A stretch of 64,000 nucleotides of DNA from assembly GCF_032062105.1 (NCBI RefSeq), contig NW_026918867.1:1-64000 (forward strand). Reading direction: 5' to 3'. Of the stretch, positions 1-12,645 are shown one piece after another. Position 1 is the stretch's first letter; every line of letters begins with the position of its first letter. Position numbers and translations under genes: made by a program. The notes below the pieces were generated by a model that worked only from the letters and a program-made list of their open reading frames with translations, did no database searches and was not told the DNA's origin. The stretch comes from Saccostrea cucullata. Its lineage: Eukaryota.

Positions 1-1184
1 ATCACAATCAAATGTATTGTAATGTAAAAGGTGAGGCGAATAAACAGTGATCGATTTCGAAAAATATCTATCAACAACACAACCATGAAAAGAAGACATA
101 AGACATGGATGTCTGGAAATTCAAGGGGCGGGATCAGGTGCCAGGGAAGAGTAAGCATCCCTTGTTGGCCAGTTACACCTTTCGTGAGCCCCTTATGTAT
201 TAATCAGGGAGACTGAATTTTCTGCTGTCAAATTAAGAGTACACAGAAAAGATTACAAATGGTTTAAAACAAGTTATTAAAACATTCGCCCTAATATAAC
301 TGAAACGCAAAAATCTGAGTTTATGGAAATGTATATGATAAAAAGTAAAAATTAGGTTAATGATGAAATTTGATTGTAACTTCAGTATGACTATTTGCTT
401 TTTTTTTTATCTAAGTAATAAAGTACATAGGTAGATGCAACATTCTTTTTTTATTGTTGTCAGTGTAATTAACAAAATCACTTGAGTTTATGTTAACATT
501 TTGTATTTTGCAATGTGTTTTTTCTTCTAGTCTTATAGACTTGAAAACACTGTGCGTAGTTCATGAAAACGTCTGTGTTGGGATTATTTCTTTCCTTGCA
601 AATCTCTGCAAATCGCTTGGCACTACATATGCAAATCATCTGCGTGGACAAAAATGATTATTTTGTTTAATATTTAATTTAGAAGTTGGACTACTTTTTA
701 TGTCAATTGCTGTATTATGATGTCCTTCGAACTCTTTAATCTTCCTCTTATTCACTTTTTTAAACTTACCACTAGGCAATTAAATTGATAACTGTATTTG
801 GGTACAGTGTTTGAACAAAAGTAAATGGGAGAATTTTCAAGAAATTATGTCAACACATGTACTGCTATAAAATCTTTGATAATCGAAATTTTTTTCTTAT
901 AAAAAATGTCACTACAAATCTTCTTTCTCCAAACTTTTGACAAAGTTCAATTAGATTCATTTAAGAATTGTAAAAAATTATCCAATTAAGCACAGTTCTA
1001 GGTTTTGTCTACCGCAACACGGCAAGAATATAATATTTCCATGCGCATTTATAATAATATTTCCATGCGCATTTATCTTAAACCTGAAGACACAAATAGT
1101 GTACCCCGTAAGATTTATGCAAGAGGTTTTGAATGTAGCATTTAGAGGCATATCGAATTATATAATACAATAACTTAAAACAAT

Positions 1185-2200
1185 ATCAGAATCAGAATCA
1201 GAAAATTTCATTTTAGTCGGATGATTATAACAGAAACATAAGCTCTGTAGAGCTTTTGACCAACATTATATTAGTACTACATATCATAAATGACTATGTA
1301 CACATTTAAAACAGTTAGGACTACACTGTGCAAATTGCAGCAATAACAAATTCAAATAAAAAATTGACATGTTAGAGATGAAAATGATTGGCATATGAAT
1401 CAGCTGAAAAGCAACGTTATAATAACACCTAGACAGTCTTGTAATACTGCGATAGACAAAATTTATTCGTTGTTTCTCTTCATATTTTAAAAACTTATTT
1501 TATTAAATCGAATGGAATATTATTGAAAAGTTTGAAATTTAAAAAAACTAGTCAGCCTCCGATTAACTCTGGTTTTATTTCAGATGTCAAATTTGTATAA
1601 AAATAACCCCATTTTCTAATTTCTGAAGCTGGACATAAAATACTTTTATATCCATTTCGGCATAAGTAGATAAAACAAAATGCTATTTTCAAGAATGAAA
1701 CACAAACATTCTGTGATTTTAACTTTAGACCATAGGAGAGACAAGGAAAAAGATGTTTTTTTTTTTTTGTTTTTGTTTTTTTTTTTTTTTTTTTTTTTGC
1801 ATTATATTCATAACAGTCTTTACATCTGAAAAAATGTACAAAAAATTGGCCATGGGTATTTTTCTGAATATTTAAATAAAAATCATATGTCTATGTGTTT
1901 TAATTAGATCATTTTCTATTCATGCGTAATGTTAGCTAAAACATACAATTAGCTAATAAGAAATCAATTATTTCTTTTCAGCTAATGCCAAACATACTGA
2001 AGAGTAAGACAAAACATTACTTTGCATTTGTTTGTTCCTTTCATGCATATGGAATAAAAAATGGATATATTTTGTTTGCATGTGTGTTTTCAATGTGTGA
2101 AGACTCCTTAAGCAAAAAAGCACGCATTCGCTGAATTCATAAACTGTACTGCATTTATTTTGTATTTCAACTTCACTTAGAATGAAGAAAAAATTCATGA
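1185..2200 (-). mobile_element. Degraded non-LTR retroelement 3' end (CR1/L2-like)
   Basis: (ATCAGA)3 tail at about 1186-1202; weak minus-strand C..LCP..EIRK remnant; boundaries uncertain. Confidence 0.3.
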
Positions 2201-2849
2201 ATTATATTTGCGCAGATTTGATTACATAAAAACGAGACATCTTCAAAATGAAAATTAAAATTTATATACTCGTAATCAGAGATTTTATAAAAACATTTAA
2301 AATGTCATGAAAACATCGAGTCTGCGGTGTTGTACATGTAATGTTTCCTTTGTTGTGTGTGTACGTGTTTTAAATGCTGTGCTTGAAGTTTCTGCAAGCA
2401 AGAATGTTTTTTGCACTAAATTATTAAAAGTGTTGGTCTTCGTTGGTGATATATTTCATAAATTTTCTTAAACTGTATATCGTTGCATGCTTTTGTTCAT
2501 TCCATCAGATACATTGTACATGTAAGACCATATAAAAGTAGTTTTTAATGTAGTGCTTTCGAAAAAAGTAAGTATAAATATGCTAGTTTGTTGTGCAATT
2601 TTGGGTTGTTTTTGAAAGCATAGAAAAAATTATATTTTCTGTTTTACTGGAACTTAAAAAGAAAAGTGAAAATGTTTTATTTATATAGCTTTAATCATTA
2701 TCTTTATATCTAATTACATGTATTAACATAACAAAATATTTAAACATGTTAACATTTATATAGCAAATGAAACTCTTAAGATGTTTGGTATGAAAGTTTT
2801 GTTCCAGAATTAACATCACATTTCAAAGGAGAATCACCTAAGGTATGAA

Positions 2850-2853
<4 letters not shown>

Positions 2854-2913
<60 letters not shown>
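2854..2913. repeat. (CT)n microsatellite
   Basis: About 30 CT units. Confidence 0.98.
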
Positions 2914-2916
<3 letters not shown>

Positions 2917-4305
2917 TATATTTTTTTAAATGTTGATAATAAGTTGATGATCAAATGCTTACTTACTAACTACTTGATTTTGTTCATCTTAAGCTTTGAT
3001 GCGAGAAACAAATCTTTTCACGGTAAGTGATTTTTTTTATATATATTATTCTAGAAAGAAGAAACGATTTCATGATAAATGAGATTTTTATTAAACTTAA
3101 TATAACAAACAATTAAGTGTTTTTATATATATACTTTATGTAATTAACATGACTAAAATACCCGATTCTTCGTGGCTTCCCTCTCAAGAAAATCATACAT
3201 GTACCTTGATGTTTTAAAGGAGCACGCATTTATTTGTAAATTCATATGTTGTAAGATATTGAGTAGGAAGGCAATTTATTAATTTTTGTTTTAGGATAAA
3301 CTAGAAATTCCTTTATATTTGATATGTGTGTAATGAGGAATAGGAATAAGCAATTGTAAACGTCAGTTTTTAGTGCCCTTTATGTGTCACTAGATTTCCT
3401 CACACTAAGTTCCTTAGGGAAAAAATCTTTAACTTAATAAGAGATATTTTATATTTTACTCGCTTCATTAATTGTGATGTAAGATACATAATACTTACAG
3501 AACTTCATCTCCATAGCCCACTCTTCATCGAGCTTGGTTTTAAATTATTTTCTTTCAGATCGTAACTGTGAAAATACGTGGTTAAGGCTCTTTTGTTGCT
3601 TTCCTCCTTTTCTTGTTGAAGACTAAATATTATGTTCACAAGTACTTTGCTTATGCTTTGCTACTTTTTACCAAATATTTGTCATTTTCCCTATTCATAT
3701 TCATTTAATGTAATGGTTTTTGTTTGTTTGTATGTTGTTAAACGTCCCTCTCGATATTTTTGTTCACTCAAATGGGGACGCTTAAATGGTAAGCCGTCTT
3801 CAAGAAAATCTTAAGGACAATTGTGACCACATTTGTATTCCAGGTGAATTTTTATTATTTCATTCCTTTCATATAACACATTTAAACAAATGTGTCATTC
3901 CACATTTATAAGTTATAAATACACATGTATCATTATCATATAAACTACATATATATTTTTAAAAATTTCTTTTACATATTATATGCTAAAATGTTTTGCA
4001 TAGACTAAAGGAGGAACATGTAAAATCGCTCTTGTTTAAAGTCTGTGAATTTTTAGATATGAAAGAACAATACTTCGGGGTAAATGTTTTACTTCTACAC
4101 CGCAAAGAATATTATCAATCAGCGTTTAAACGCCAAGTTTGACTTTCTAGAATAAGAATGGTTTGTGACAGCAAGACAGTTCCACAAGGACATACCGCGC
4201 TTGTAAAATTTGTGATTTCAAATCATCAGATATTATACATCAGAGTTATAAAAAAGATTTTTTAATGGCAATGAGTGGAAAGATCTATCACAAAAACATA
4301 TAACA

Positions 4306-4984
4306 GGGTCTGCCGTTATAAAACTTTGAGAATTCTCAATAAAAAATCTCAATTCAAGTCTTGAGAATTACTCAGCTGAGAATTTGAGAATAAAACAGAG
4401 TTTAATAAATTTTTATTTGTCTCAACTTTTTTATGAAGGCCAAAGAGTCTGAGAATTTTGGATTTGAGAATATTCTCAGACTTAAGAGCATTCTCAGACC
4501 TAGATAGAACGTTCTATCGTTAAAACGATACTGTCCTACGGACCGGGTTTAACGATAGAATTCGATCCATGTATTCGTAATATACCAAAAAAAAAAAAAC
4601 ATGGGCGATAACTCGCACTCACTACAATCAGTGCTTTTACTATGAACAATCTAGAGAGTTCCGAATGTAAACATGGCAGGTAAATTTGAAGCGAGAGAAA
4701 AACGTTGAGGAAATTAATTGGATTTTCGTCTTTAGATGGATTATTTTCTGGGATAAAAGGCATAAGCAATCTCAAAAAGGTTTGTTTTGATTAATTTGGT
4801 AGTAATTTCCAGTGCAAATCCTTTTATATTCTTCAAATTCGTTTCGGAGCGGATCCGCTCCGATTTGCTACATTGCAAGTATATGGGACGTATTCTAACT
4901 GTGGTGAGGGCTTGTACCGAGACACAGTTAGAATATTCTAACTATCTCAGACCTACATTTAAGTATTTTTTTTAACGGCGGGCC
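4306..4984. mobile_element. Harbinger-like MITE (GGGTCYGCCGTYATAAA TIR) carrying a nested insertion
   Basis: TIRs with CAG flanks; uninterrupted inverted copy at about 20623-20847. Confidence 0.7.
4501..4944. mobile_element. Nested non-autonomous DNA transposon, TAG...CTA ends, 9-bp TSD (AcademH- or MULE-like)
   Basis: TCTCAGACC at 4492-4500 and 4945-4953; imperfect 16-bp palindromic TIRs. Confidence 0.65.
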
Positions 4985-6693
4985 CAGGATCTGCTTCCCT
5001 TGAGAACGCCCTCCGGGAATAGTTCCTGTCAAAGGTTTGCTAAATGATTTTCCTAACTCAAAGCCAGTGGATAATTGTATAATATTCAATTTCGCTTGGA
5101 ACACGTGTATGAAATTCCCATTTGTAAGTTATAATGCAAATCTCATTGCCCTATTAGTCGGTGATGATGGAGAGATAAACACTTTATTTGGAAATTAAGG
5201 GATATTTTTATAGAAATTTAAGCTTTAGGTATGTTTTCGCTGCATTATTTAAAAGAGGTACACGGTATTATTCAAAATTAAAAAAATATATATCTACAAT
5301 CATCGAATTCGTATAATAATGTTTAATTTTTATAAGGAAAATTTATGGTATTAGTCGTAAGTTATTTTGTAAATCATGCCCCTGATTCATTTATAAATCA
5401 ATAACAAAAATTTACTGTTTATCAAAAATTTTTCTTTGTTTATAATAAGGGGACGTACATATACGAATGGTATCATTGCCGGAAAAACTGTACTTGTTAT
5501 GTAGTTTTCATGCAATGCTTCAACAACAACTCGCCGTACAAAAATTAACAAAGACAGCATTTTAAAAAAATCAGAACTATTTAAGGCACTTCTGGGCGGC
5601 ACTCTGAATACTTCACTTGAATAATGATTGAGTTATCTCTCGTTTTATACTGTAGTATATAGGCAAGCTCAAACGCCCACATACATGTATCTTGCATAAA
5701 AATAAACAATGTCCTGTATTTACGTCTATCGATTAAATCAACAGTAACTTTTAGTTCTTTTAGACTTTTTGAAATTTTTTGTCTGTACAATTTCTTTTTT
5801 TACAAAAAAATTAACTGTCAATGTTTTATTTACTTCTTGTTAAAATAGTATTCGTGTCATATTCATCTGTAAATGAATCCTTTCTCCCACCGGTTTTCTA
5901 CAATATGACAAATATTCTGACGGACATTATTACAGAAATGAGAAATTTACATTCTTTGAACCGTTTTAGCAAGAAACAACGATTTCTCTCAGTGTTCATA
6001 TCATAATATATAATCCTCGTGTTCATAATTGGATGTTGAAGAAGTAATGTTTAAATTATACAGATATTTATTTGGAAAAAGCCTGAATAACTTACCTGAA
6101 ATTTTCACCTGTAGTATGCAGTACAACATGGACTTGTGAGGCTATATTATAACAAATAGTCCTTTTTTTCTGAGAACTTTTGGTCCTTATTTTTAATTTA
6201 AAGAATAAAATATCACATACTACCTTGTACTAATATAAATAAATTGAATCCATAGTATGTGTTTTTAGCGCCTTTGTAGTGAAAAAAGACACCCAGAAAA
6301 ATGGATTTCTGTGCAATCTTAACATTTCCTTCCGTAGACATGTACAGTTCACGCCTTTTATTTACATCTTTGCCTATCTTCATTTATATAACTAAAATTC
6401 TCTCTTTTAGTCTAGTCCTGATTTTTAAAAAGAAGGCTAGAAATAACTTCTAACGGCAAATAATTATTATTTGGTCCAGCATAGTTTTTTAAATCTATTT
6501 CGGGTATGCTGAATCCGAAAAAACATGCTGGCCTTCATGAAAATAGCGTTAAAGAGGTCAAAATGGCGGACATCCATTTTTTCTAATTTTTTCTCGTTCG
6601 AAATGGAGAATTAATGAATGAATATCTAACTGCATGTAATAAAACTATAAAAATTATAATAGAATGCTAACATTATTAGTTAAACTCTGAAAA

Positions 6694-7270
6694 GAACTAT
6701 ATGCGGTATATTGCATATGTTTGCCCCCACAAAAGTCAAATTTTGAAAACTTCCTGAAATGTGCTGAATTCAATAAATTGTACGAGAAATATAAGTTAAC
6801 AGAAAATATTATAGTTCCAGAGCAGTGTATTCACAATTTCTGTTTTAATGACGTCACAAACTAGTCCGATTTTATATCCTTTTTCAGAAAGAGGACAAAA
6901 TGGACAAAATTTCAACAATTTAAGCTTTAAAATTTATAGAGCGCATGTGTGTTCAGGAACAATATTGACATATTTCATTGATATTATCATTCTACACATT
7001 ATATCAAAATATTTATCCTGAACACACATGCGCTCGGTGACTTTTATTTAAAATATCGACGAAATATGTACATTTTTCTGCAAAATTCATAAAAAACTGA
7101 AATTTACGTCATATTTGTGACGTCATTACGTACATATGACGTCATTGCTTATGAAATTATTCAGTGCTTTGAAGTCAGCATATACTCCCCTGTTTAAGGA
7201 CTTAATTAAATATTACTCCATCAAAGTTTGATTTTGGGGGGCAAATGTTGGTTAATACCGCATATAGTTC
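6694..7270. mobile_element. Spy-like MITE inserted at AAA^TTT with no TSD
   Basis: TIR GAACTATATGCGGTAT / ATACCGCATATAGTTC; empty site GAAAATTTAGTCG preserved in the opposite arm of the host element. Confidence 0.75.
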
Positions 7271-8145
7271 TTTAGTCGTTTCTACACTTAATTCGAATTT
7301 TCTCTGATTTTTATCTATTGTTTCTATATTCTTTTTTGTTCAGGATTTTACCTTTGCAAATATCCATACAATGCAGATTTGTATTATTCCCTCTACATCT
7401 CACTATTTTACAATTGAATGATAGTGCAGCTGTAAGTTAGAAGTCAAATGGCGATTCAAAATGGCGAATATTCTAACTGTAAATTGGCGATCTTTCAAAT
7501 CAAATTGCATAACAAAGGATACGTCTCTCTCCCATTTTGCTTTCACCGGGGAACAGAACAAACATCATTTTTAAACATCTCTCTTCCTTCACTTAAATAA
7601 TTAAATTAATCCAATTAATGACAGAACTTATGCCAAGTCTTTTGTCTTCATAAAACGTGTACAAATTATTACAAAGGAATTTCTAAGATGTATACGTTTA
7701 ATTTACAGCCGTTCGTTTCTCGAAAACGACTGAGTCAACCTTTTTTTTCTACAAGTGATCTACCTTATGACGTCATTTTCACATTGTGACGTCACAAACA
7801 CGGGGCAATACGTTCCATTACATATGCTATTTTTAGAACATGTGTATGACTCTATGTGTGCCAAACTTTATTCTGTAAATATAGAGATAGTTCGCGAACG
7901 TTTTGATCACCCCTCGTATTGTCATTGTGACCTCCTATTTTACTTTTTGATCCGAACACATTTTTAAAGTTTACCGTAGCAAAACATGGACACTGCCATT
8001 ATTATATTCATATGGGAGACCAGTCTATCATTTAGTGAACTAATTGCTCTCAGTACCTCTAGTTCATTTTGCATATGGTTTTGGAAATTAAACAAAATAG
8101 AATTTTCACATTTCAACATAAATGTGTTGTTTTCTGAGTGTTGCT

Positions 8146-8390
8146 TGATTGATTGTATATTGTTTAACGCCGAATCGGCAATTTTTCAGCCATGTTTCGG
8201 CGGACTATCAGTTTAAATAATCAGTTTTTGAAGGATTTTGGTTTCTATGACGCCCCGCAGTGAGCTTACTCTTTTTCGAACTCCAGAGAAACAATCTTTT
8301 ACATGCCAATGGGGTTGTCATACTTGACACGGGGCACCATTTTATTTGAGTGTTGAAAATACCAAAATTCCGAAGACAGACTGACACATA
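8146..8390 (-). mobile_element. SINE fragment
   Basis: TGATTGATTGTATATTGTTTAACG is the reverse complement of the tail seen on other SINE copies in this window. Confidence 0.5.
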
Positions 8391-8428
8391 TAGCAAATAA
8401 AGCTGGAATAGAGAATGCTAGGGGATAA

Positions 8429-9505
8429 TACGAGGGATTATCAAAAATTTCGTGGACTAGCGTCATAAAATTAAAACCGCTTTAGGCACATCAATGAATT
8501 TTAGAATATCTAATTAGCATCATCTTTTCTATCTAAAGAATAAACCATAAATCATAAATTTTATTTTTTAATAATAATTAGTAATGTTTTTGTAAGCAAT
8601 GGTATGTCCAGGCGGCGTAACCTCGAACACGACGTTCTTGCGACCTAAGTGTAACTGAGAAAAAACTATTTTTATATGAACATTTGACATCCAAAATTCC
8701 CGTTAATTCAGGTATGTGTCGGAACACAATTATTCCATAAAATATTAATTTTTCACTTCATTCTGGAAGTTCTATGAAATTTTATCGTATATTTTTTAAC
8801 GGAATGTCCAAACAAATCTGGCCTTAAAATGACGTCAAAAGGGGGAGGGGTTTCCGTTTCCAACATTCTATAAAGTTTTGCCCATGAAAAAAACTGATAT
8901 GGACCTAAAATATGTTAAAACTGGCTACAGAGAAATAATATGCATCCAAAGTTCTTGTCTTTTAATGTCAAAATAGATTCAGAGAGAAAAGGGATACACA
9001 GTTGATGTCGATATGCACTCAAGGTGTGAAAAACAATCACGTAAGAAAAAGACGTTGTTCATGTGTCGTAGATGTTGAACTTCCAAAAGCAAAATATGCC
9101 CGCACAATCAAGCGAGGACCTCTCCCTATGTATTTATCCATTTGGAATATATTCATTGAATGCCACTGTTCGTGACATTGTAAAGTCATATAAACATGAC
9201 GGGTTTAAGTCCTTACTCAGCTCCGGGGAATCTTATCAAAAAAGTGTATGAGGTAAAAGAAGCGGACATTAAAAAAACAATGACGCTGTAGGACGTCATG
9301 AAAATAAAGGACGACAGCGCCGGGAGACCCTATAATGTCGTTTTCATTTTTTTTATAATTTGGCAAATAATGAACGTATCAGGCTAAAATTTTCAACAGT
9401 TCTTTGTTTTTTGTTTTTTTATGTTCCATATAAATTTTGAAAGCGTAGACTATATTGTATTAATTTTATAGCCCCAGTCCACGAATTTTTTGATAACCCC
9501 TCGTG
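8429..9505. mobile_element. Non-autonomous mariner-like element
   Basis: TACGAGGGATTATCAAAAATTTCGTGGACT ... AGTCCACGAATTTTTTGATAACCCCTCGT TIRs; no intact ORF. Confidence 0.75.
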
Positions 9506-11199
9506 CTAAGTTCTTATTAGTGCTTAAAAGCTAGAACAAAGTGTTCGATGAAATCGGACAAGAATTTTTTTCAGTTATATTTGTTGGTGTGCCGAGGGAT
9601 GTTGAGGTTGAAGTGCGAGTTGAAAATGACAGCGATTCGGGATTGATTTTTGGTGGGGCTAAAAGGCTTTGGAACACGTACGGTCAAATACGAAGGGGGA
9701 TATTTGGAAACTCTTAAGTCAAGTTTGTTTTAACTATTTCCAGTAAAAAATGAATTTTTTCAAGTATTTTTTGTTCATATTTATGGGACTAATCAATATA
9801 CTATATATACTATATATTATGAAAAACAATTTAAGTGTAATTTATTTTCTGCAAAACGAATCAGAATTAAGCAGTTTCTACGAAATTCGAGTGTACATGT
9901 ATCAGACATCATTTTGAATTACCATTTCGAGCTAAGTAACACATCTTAAATTTAAACGACTAATTTTTTTATTTAAAATGATCAAATTTGTGTTCTGTTG
10001 GCATTTTTACGTAGTTGTACTACGCTCAGTAAGATATTCACAAATCCTTTTTCCTATGTAAACAACATAAAGAAATTTTTTTTTTTTAAAAAAAAAAAGA
10101 TGAATTTTCGCCATTTTGAATCGCTATTTTGACTTTTATCTTACAGCTGCGCCATGGCGCATCATTCAGTTGTAGAATAGTGAGATGCAGAGGTATAAAT
10201 TACAAATCTGTAGTGTGTGGATATTTGCAAAGGTAAAATCCTTAACAAAGCGGAATATAGAGCAAGAGACCAAAAAAATCAGAGAAAATTCGAATTAATT
10301 GTGGAAACGACTAAATTTTCTGAGTTAAACTAATAATGTTAGCATTCTATTATCATTTTTATACTTTAATTACACTCAGTTAGATATTCACTTATTAATT
10401 CTCCATTTTAAACGACATTAAGAGAAAATTTAAAACAAAAATGGATGTCCACCATTTTGACTCGTCATTTTGACCTCTTTAACGCCATTTTCATGAAAGC
10501 CAGCATGTTATTTTCGGATTCAGCATACTCGAAATAGGTTTGAAAAACTATGCTTGACCAAATAATAATTATTTTTCGTTAGAAGTATTTTTTTCTATTA
10601 ATTGGACCAGACTATTTGTTTTAATCCCCTTTTTCTGAATAAAGACAAACAGAAAAATTATATTTGAACATGTGTGCAATATTAACATTTCATTCTGTGT
10701 AGACAATTCACGCCTTTACTTACATGTATGTCTATCGATATCAGCAAGCCACTCTCTCAAGACCTGAAGACTTCTAGTTTCCGGCGAAGAAATCTGTCTA
10801 CGATACAATGGTCCCTTGAGAGTTTTGTATGTCAATTTTAGAGAAAAAAATGTTAGTGATATAATGGCAACTGGTCTGTCTGCATTGTGTGCCCGGATTC
10901 AAGCAAAAATCAATTTGTGATATTCTTTAACGTTAAACTAAGGATGTTTATACATGATTATAGAAGAGGTAGGATTTTTTGAAATATTTCAATGTTTGTT
11001 ATCAAATAAGTCATTCATTATTTATATAAAGTTTTATACCCAAGCAGTTGCGAAACGATATTACACAACCGGTATCTCATGGGTCTTTTTCTTAATTGTG
11101 AGAACAATCTTTTAATCATTCAATATCCCCGTGAATGAGCTATGTGACAAGTGCGTTTTGTGAGTTTTGTTTATATGTTTGGTTGTCTCTTTTCATATG

Positions 11200-11420
11200 A
11201 AGACACCGCTACTAACACGTGAGAACTGTACAATTTAGACTCAAACTGGGAACTCCAAGCCTTTGAGCAATGAAGTATCTTTATCGTGGCAACTGAGCAA
11301 ACGGACCTCGAATGATACGGTCTTAACAACCCGCTGAATAAGCGAGTAATTTTAAACTTTGAGTTAAGTATCAATTCCTAGCGACTCTAGAACAAACGCT
11401 TGAACCACTCCGCCACATGG
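11200..11420 (-). mobile_element. Degraded tRNA-derived SINE
   Basis: Reverse tRNA-like head (gcgactctagaacaaacgcttgaaccactccgccac) and remnant core acggacctcg..tacggtct. Confidence 0.5.
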
Positions 11421-11987
11421 GTGACCATTCTAGTGTAAATGATACACATGTACAGAACTTAGTCCTTTATAATTCGAAATTAAGATTTCCTTAACTTATT
11501 AGAATCAATACTTAACAGAATCAAAATATATAATATAATCTAATAAATATTTTATGTACGAGTTTTCACCTTCAATATTAACCTAGATTTAATTAAAATA
11601 ACTCAATTAAAACTAGTTTTTTTTTTAGTTGTGACAGAAATGTTCATGTTCTAACAAACACAATGTTCTCTCTCTCTCTCTCTCTCTCTCATTTTTATGG
11701 CGAACAAACGTTTTAAATAATTGTTTTTTTTCAACTTCAACCATTTAGAAGTTGTGCTGGATAAAATCGATAGATTGTCTCTTTCGCCTGTGATTTATTA
11801 TGTTCCGTTCCTTAACAGTGTAACAAATACATGAAACGTGTGAGATGGTCTGGAAATATTTCTCCAGACGATACTCTATCATTCAATTTGAATAGAAAAT
11901 GCACTAAAATGTTAAGGAATAGCAGAAATTTGTCGTTCAGTAACATTTTCAGATCTAGACGATTCAGTGACCATTGTATTGACTAAT

Positions 11988-12290
11988 GTCGCCCTCGTGG
12001 CGCTGTAGTTAGAGCGTCTGCTCTAGAGTCGCAAAGTACTGAGTTTATGGTTACTTCACCGGTTCAAATTTCACTGTGGGACATGAAGTCCTTCAGATGA
12101 GACCGCATAAACCGAGGTCCTGTGTCGCAGTAAGTGCCTAAGTGCTGGAACGAAAAAGATCCCTTCCTGTTCAATCTCTGAGTGCTGAGGACAAAATTTG
12201 CAGCTCTCTACCGGCAAGTGGTGGAATTTCTCTATGAGTTATAACTTCTCGGAAGGGATGTTAAGCAATATACAACCAGTAAATCATTCA
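11988..12290 (+). mobile_element. tRNA-derived SINE with Nin/Deu-like core, near full length
   Basis: A-box-like TGGCGCTGTAGTTAGAGCG, B-box-like GGTTCAAAT, core GATGAGACCGCATAAACCGAGGTCC...AAAGATCCC, caatataca tail. Confidence 0.75.
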
Positions 12291-12336
12291 ATTGACTAAA
12301 TGGACTAGACCTATCATATGATTCTTATTACTTGAA

Positions 12337-12645
12337 CCGTCACGGTAGCTACTAAGTCGGAAGATCGCTGCTCCGTGTTCGTTAAATTACGAATCTAGCC
12401 CGTAACAGCCTTAGTCGATAAAAATAGACAGTAACTGCTCCTTCAGCCATGCGCTGGGTACTTTGAAGTTAAAGGGGTCCTTTAATTTAGTCACGAATAA
12501 AAAAAACTGAGGTCCTGTGTCACGGTAGGCGTTGGCACAAGGATCCCTCTCTGTTCAATGACTATAAGCGTCGAGTAAATGTCAAAAAATAAAGTACACT
12601 GTGACGTTTCTGTATGAGTGAAATTTCTCAAAAAGGGCGTCCTTA
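12337..12645 (+). mobile_element. Second SINE copy (related subfamily)
   Basis: AAACTGAGGTCCTGTGTCACGGTAGGCGTTGGCACAAGGATCCCTC...GTGACGTTTCTGTATGAGTGAAATTTCTC. Confidence 0.65.

Larger units (their letters stand above)
6408..10614. mobile_element. Long-TIR non-autonomous DNA transposon (Academ-like) with nested elements
   Basis: About 500-bp inverted arms (6408-6693 plus 7271-7475, versus 10100-10614); TAGTCT(A/G)GTCC ends; TTT on both flanks. Confidence 0.7.

Noticed and set aside
2845-3030. SLSLSL-repeat ORF
   Set aside because: Translation of the (CT)n microsatellite
8429-9505. Autonomous mariner transposase
   Set aside because: No long ORF and no DD34D motif readable; non-autonomous or decayed
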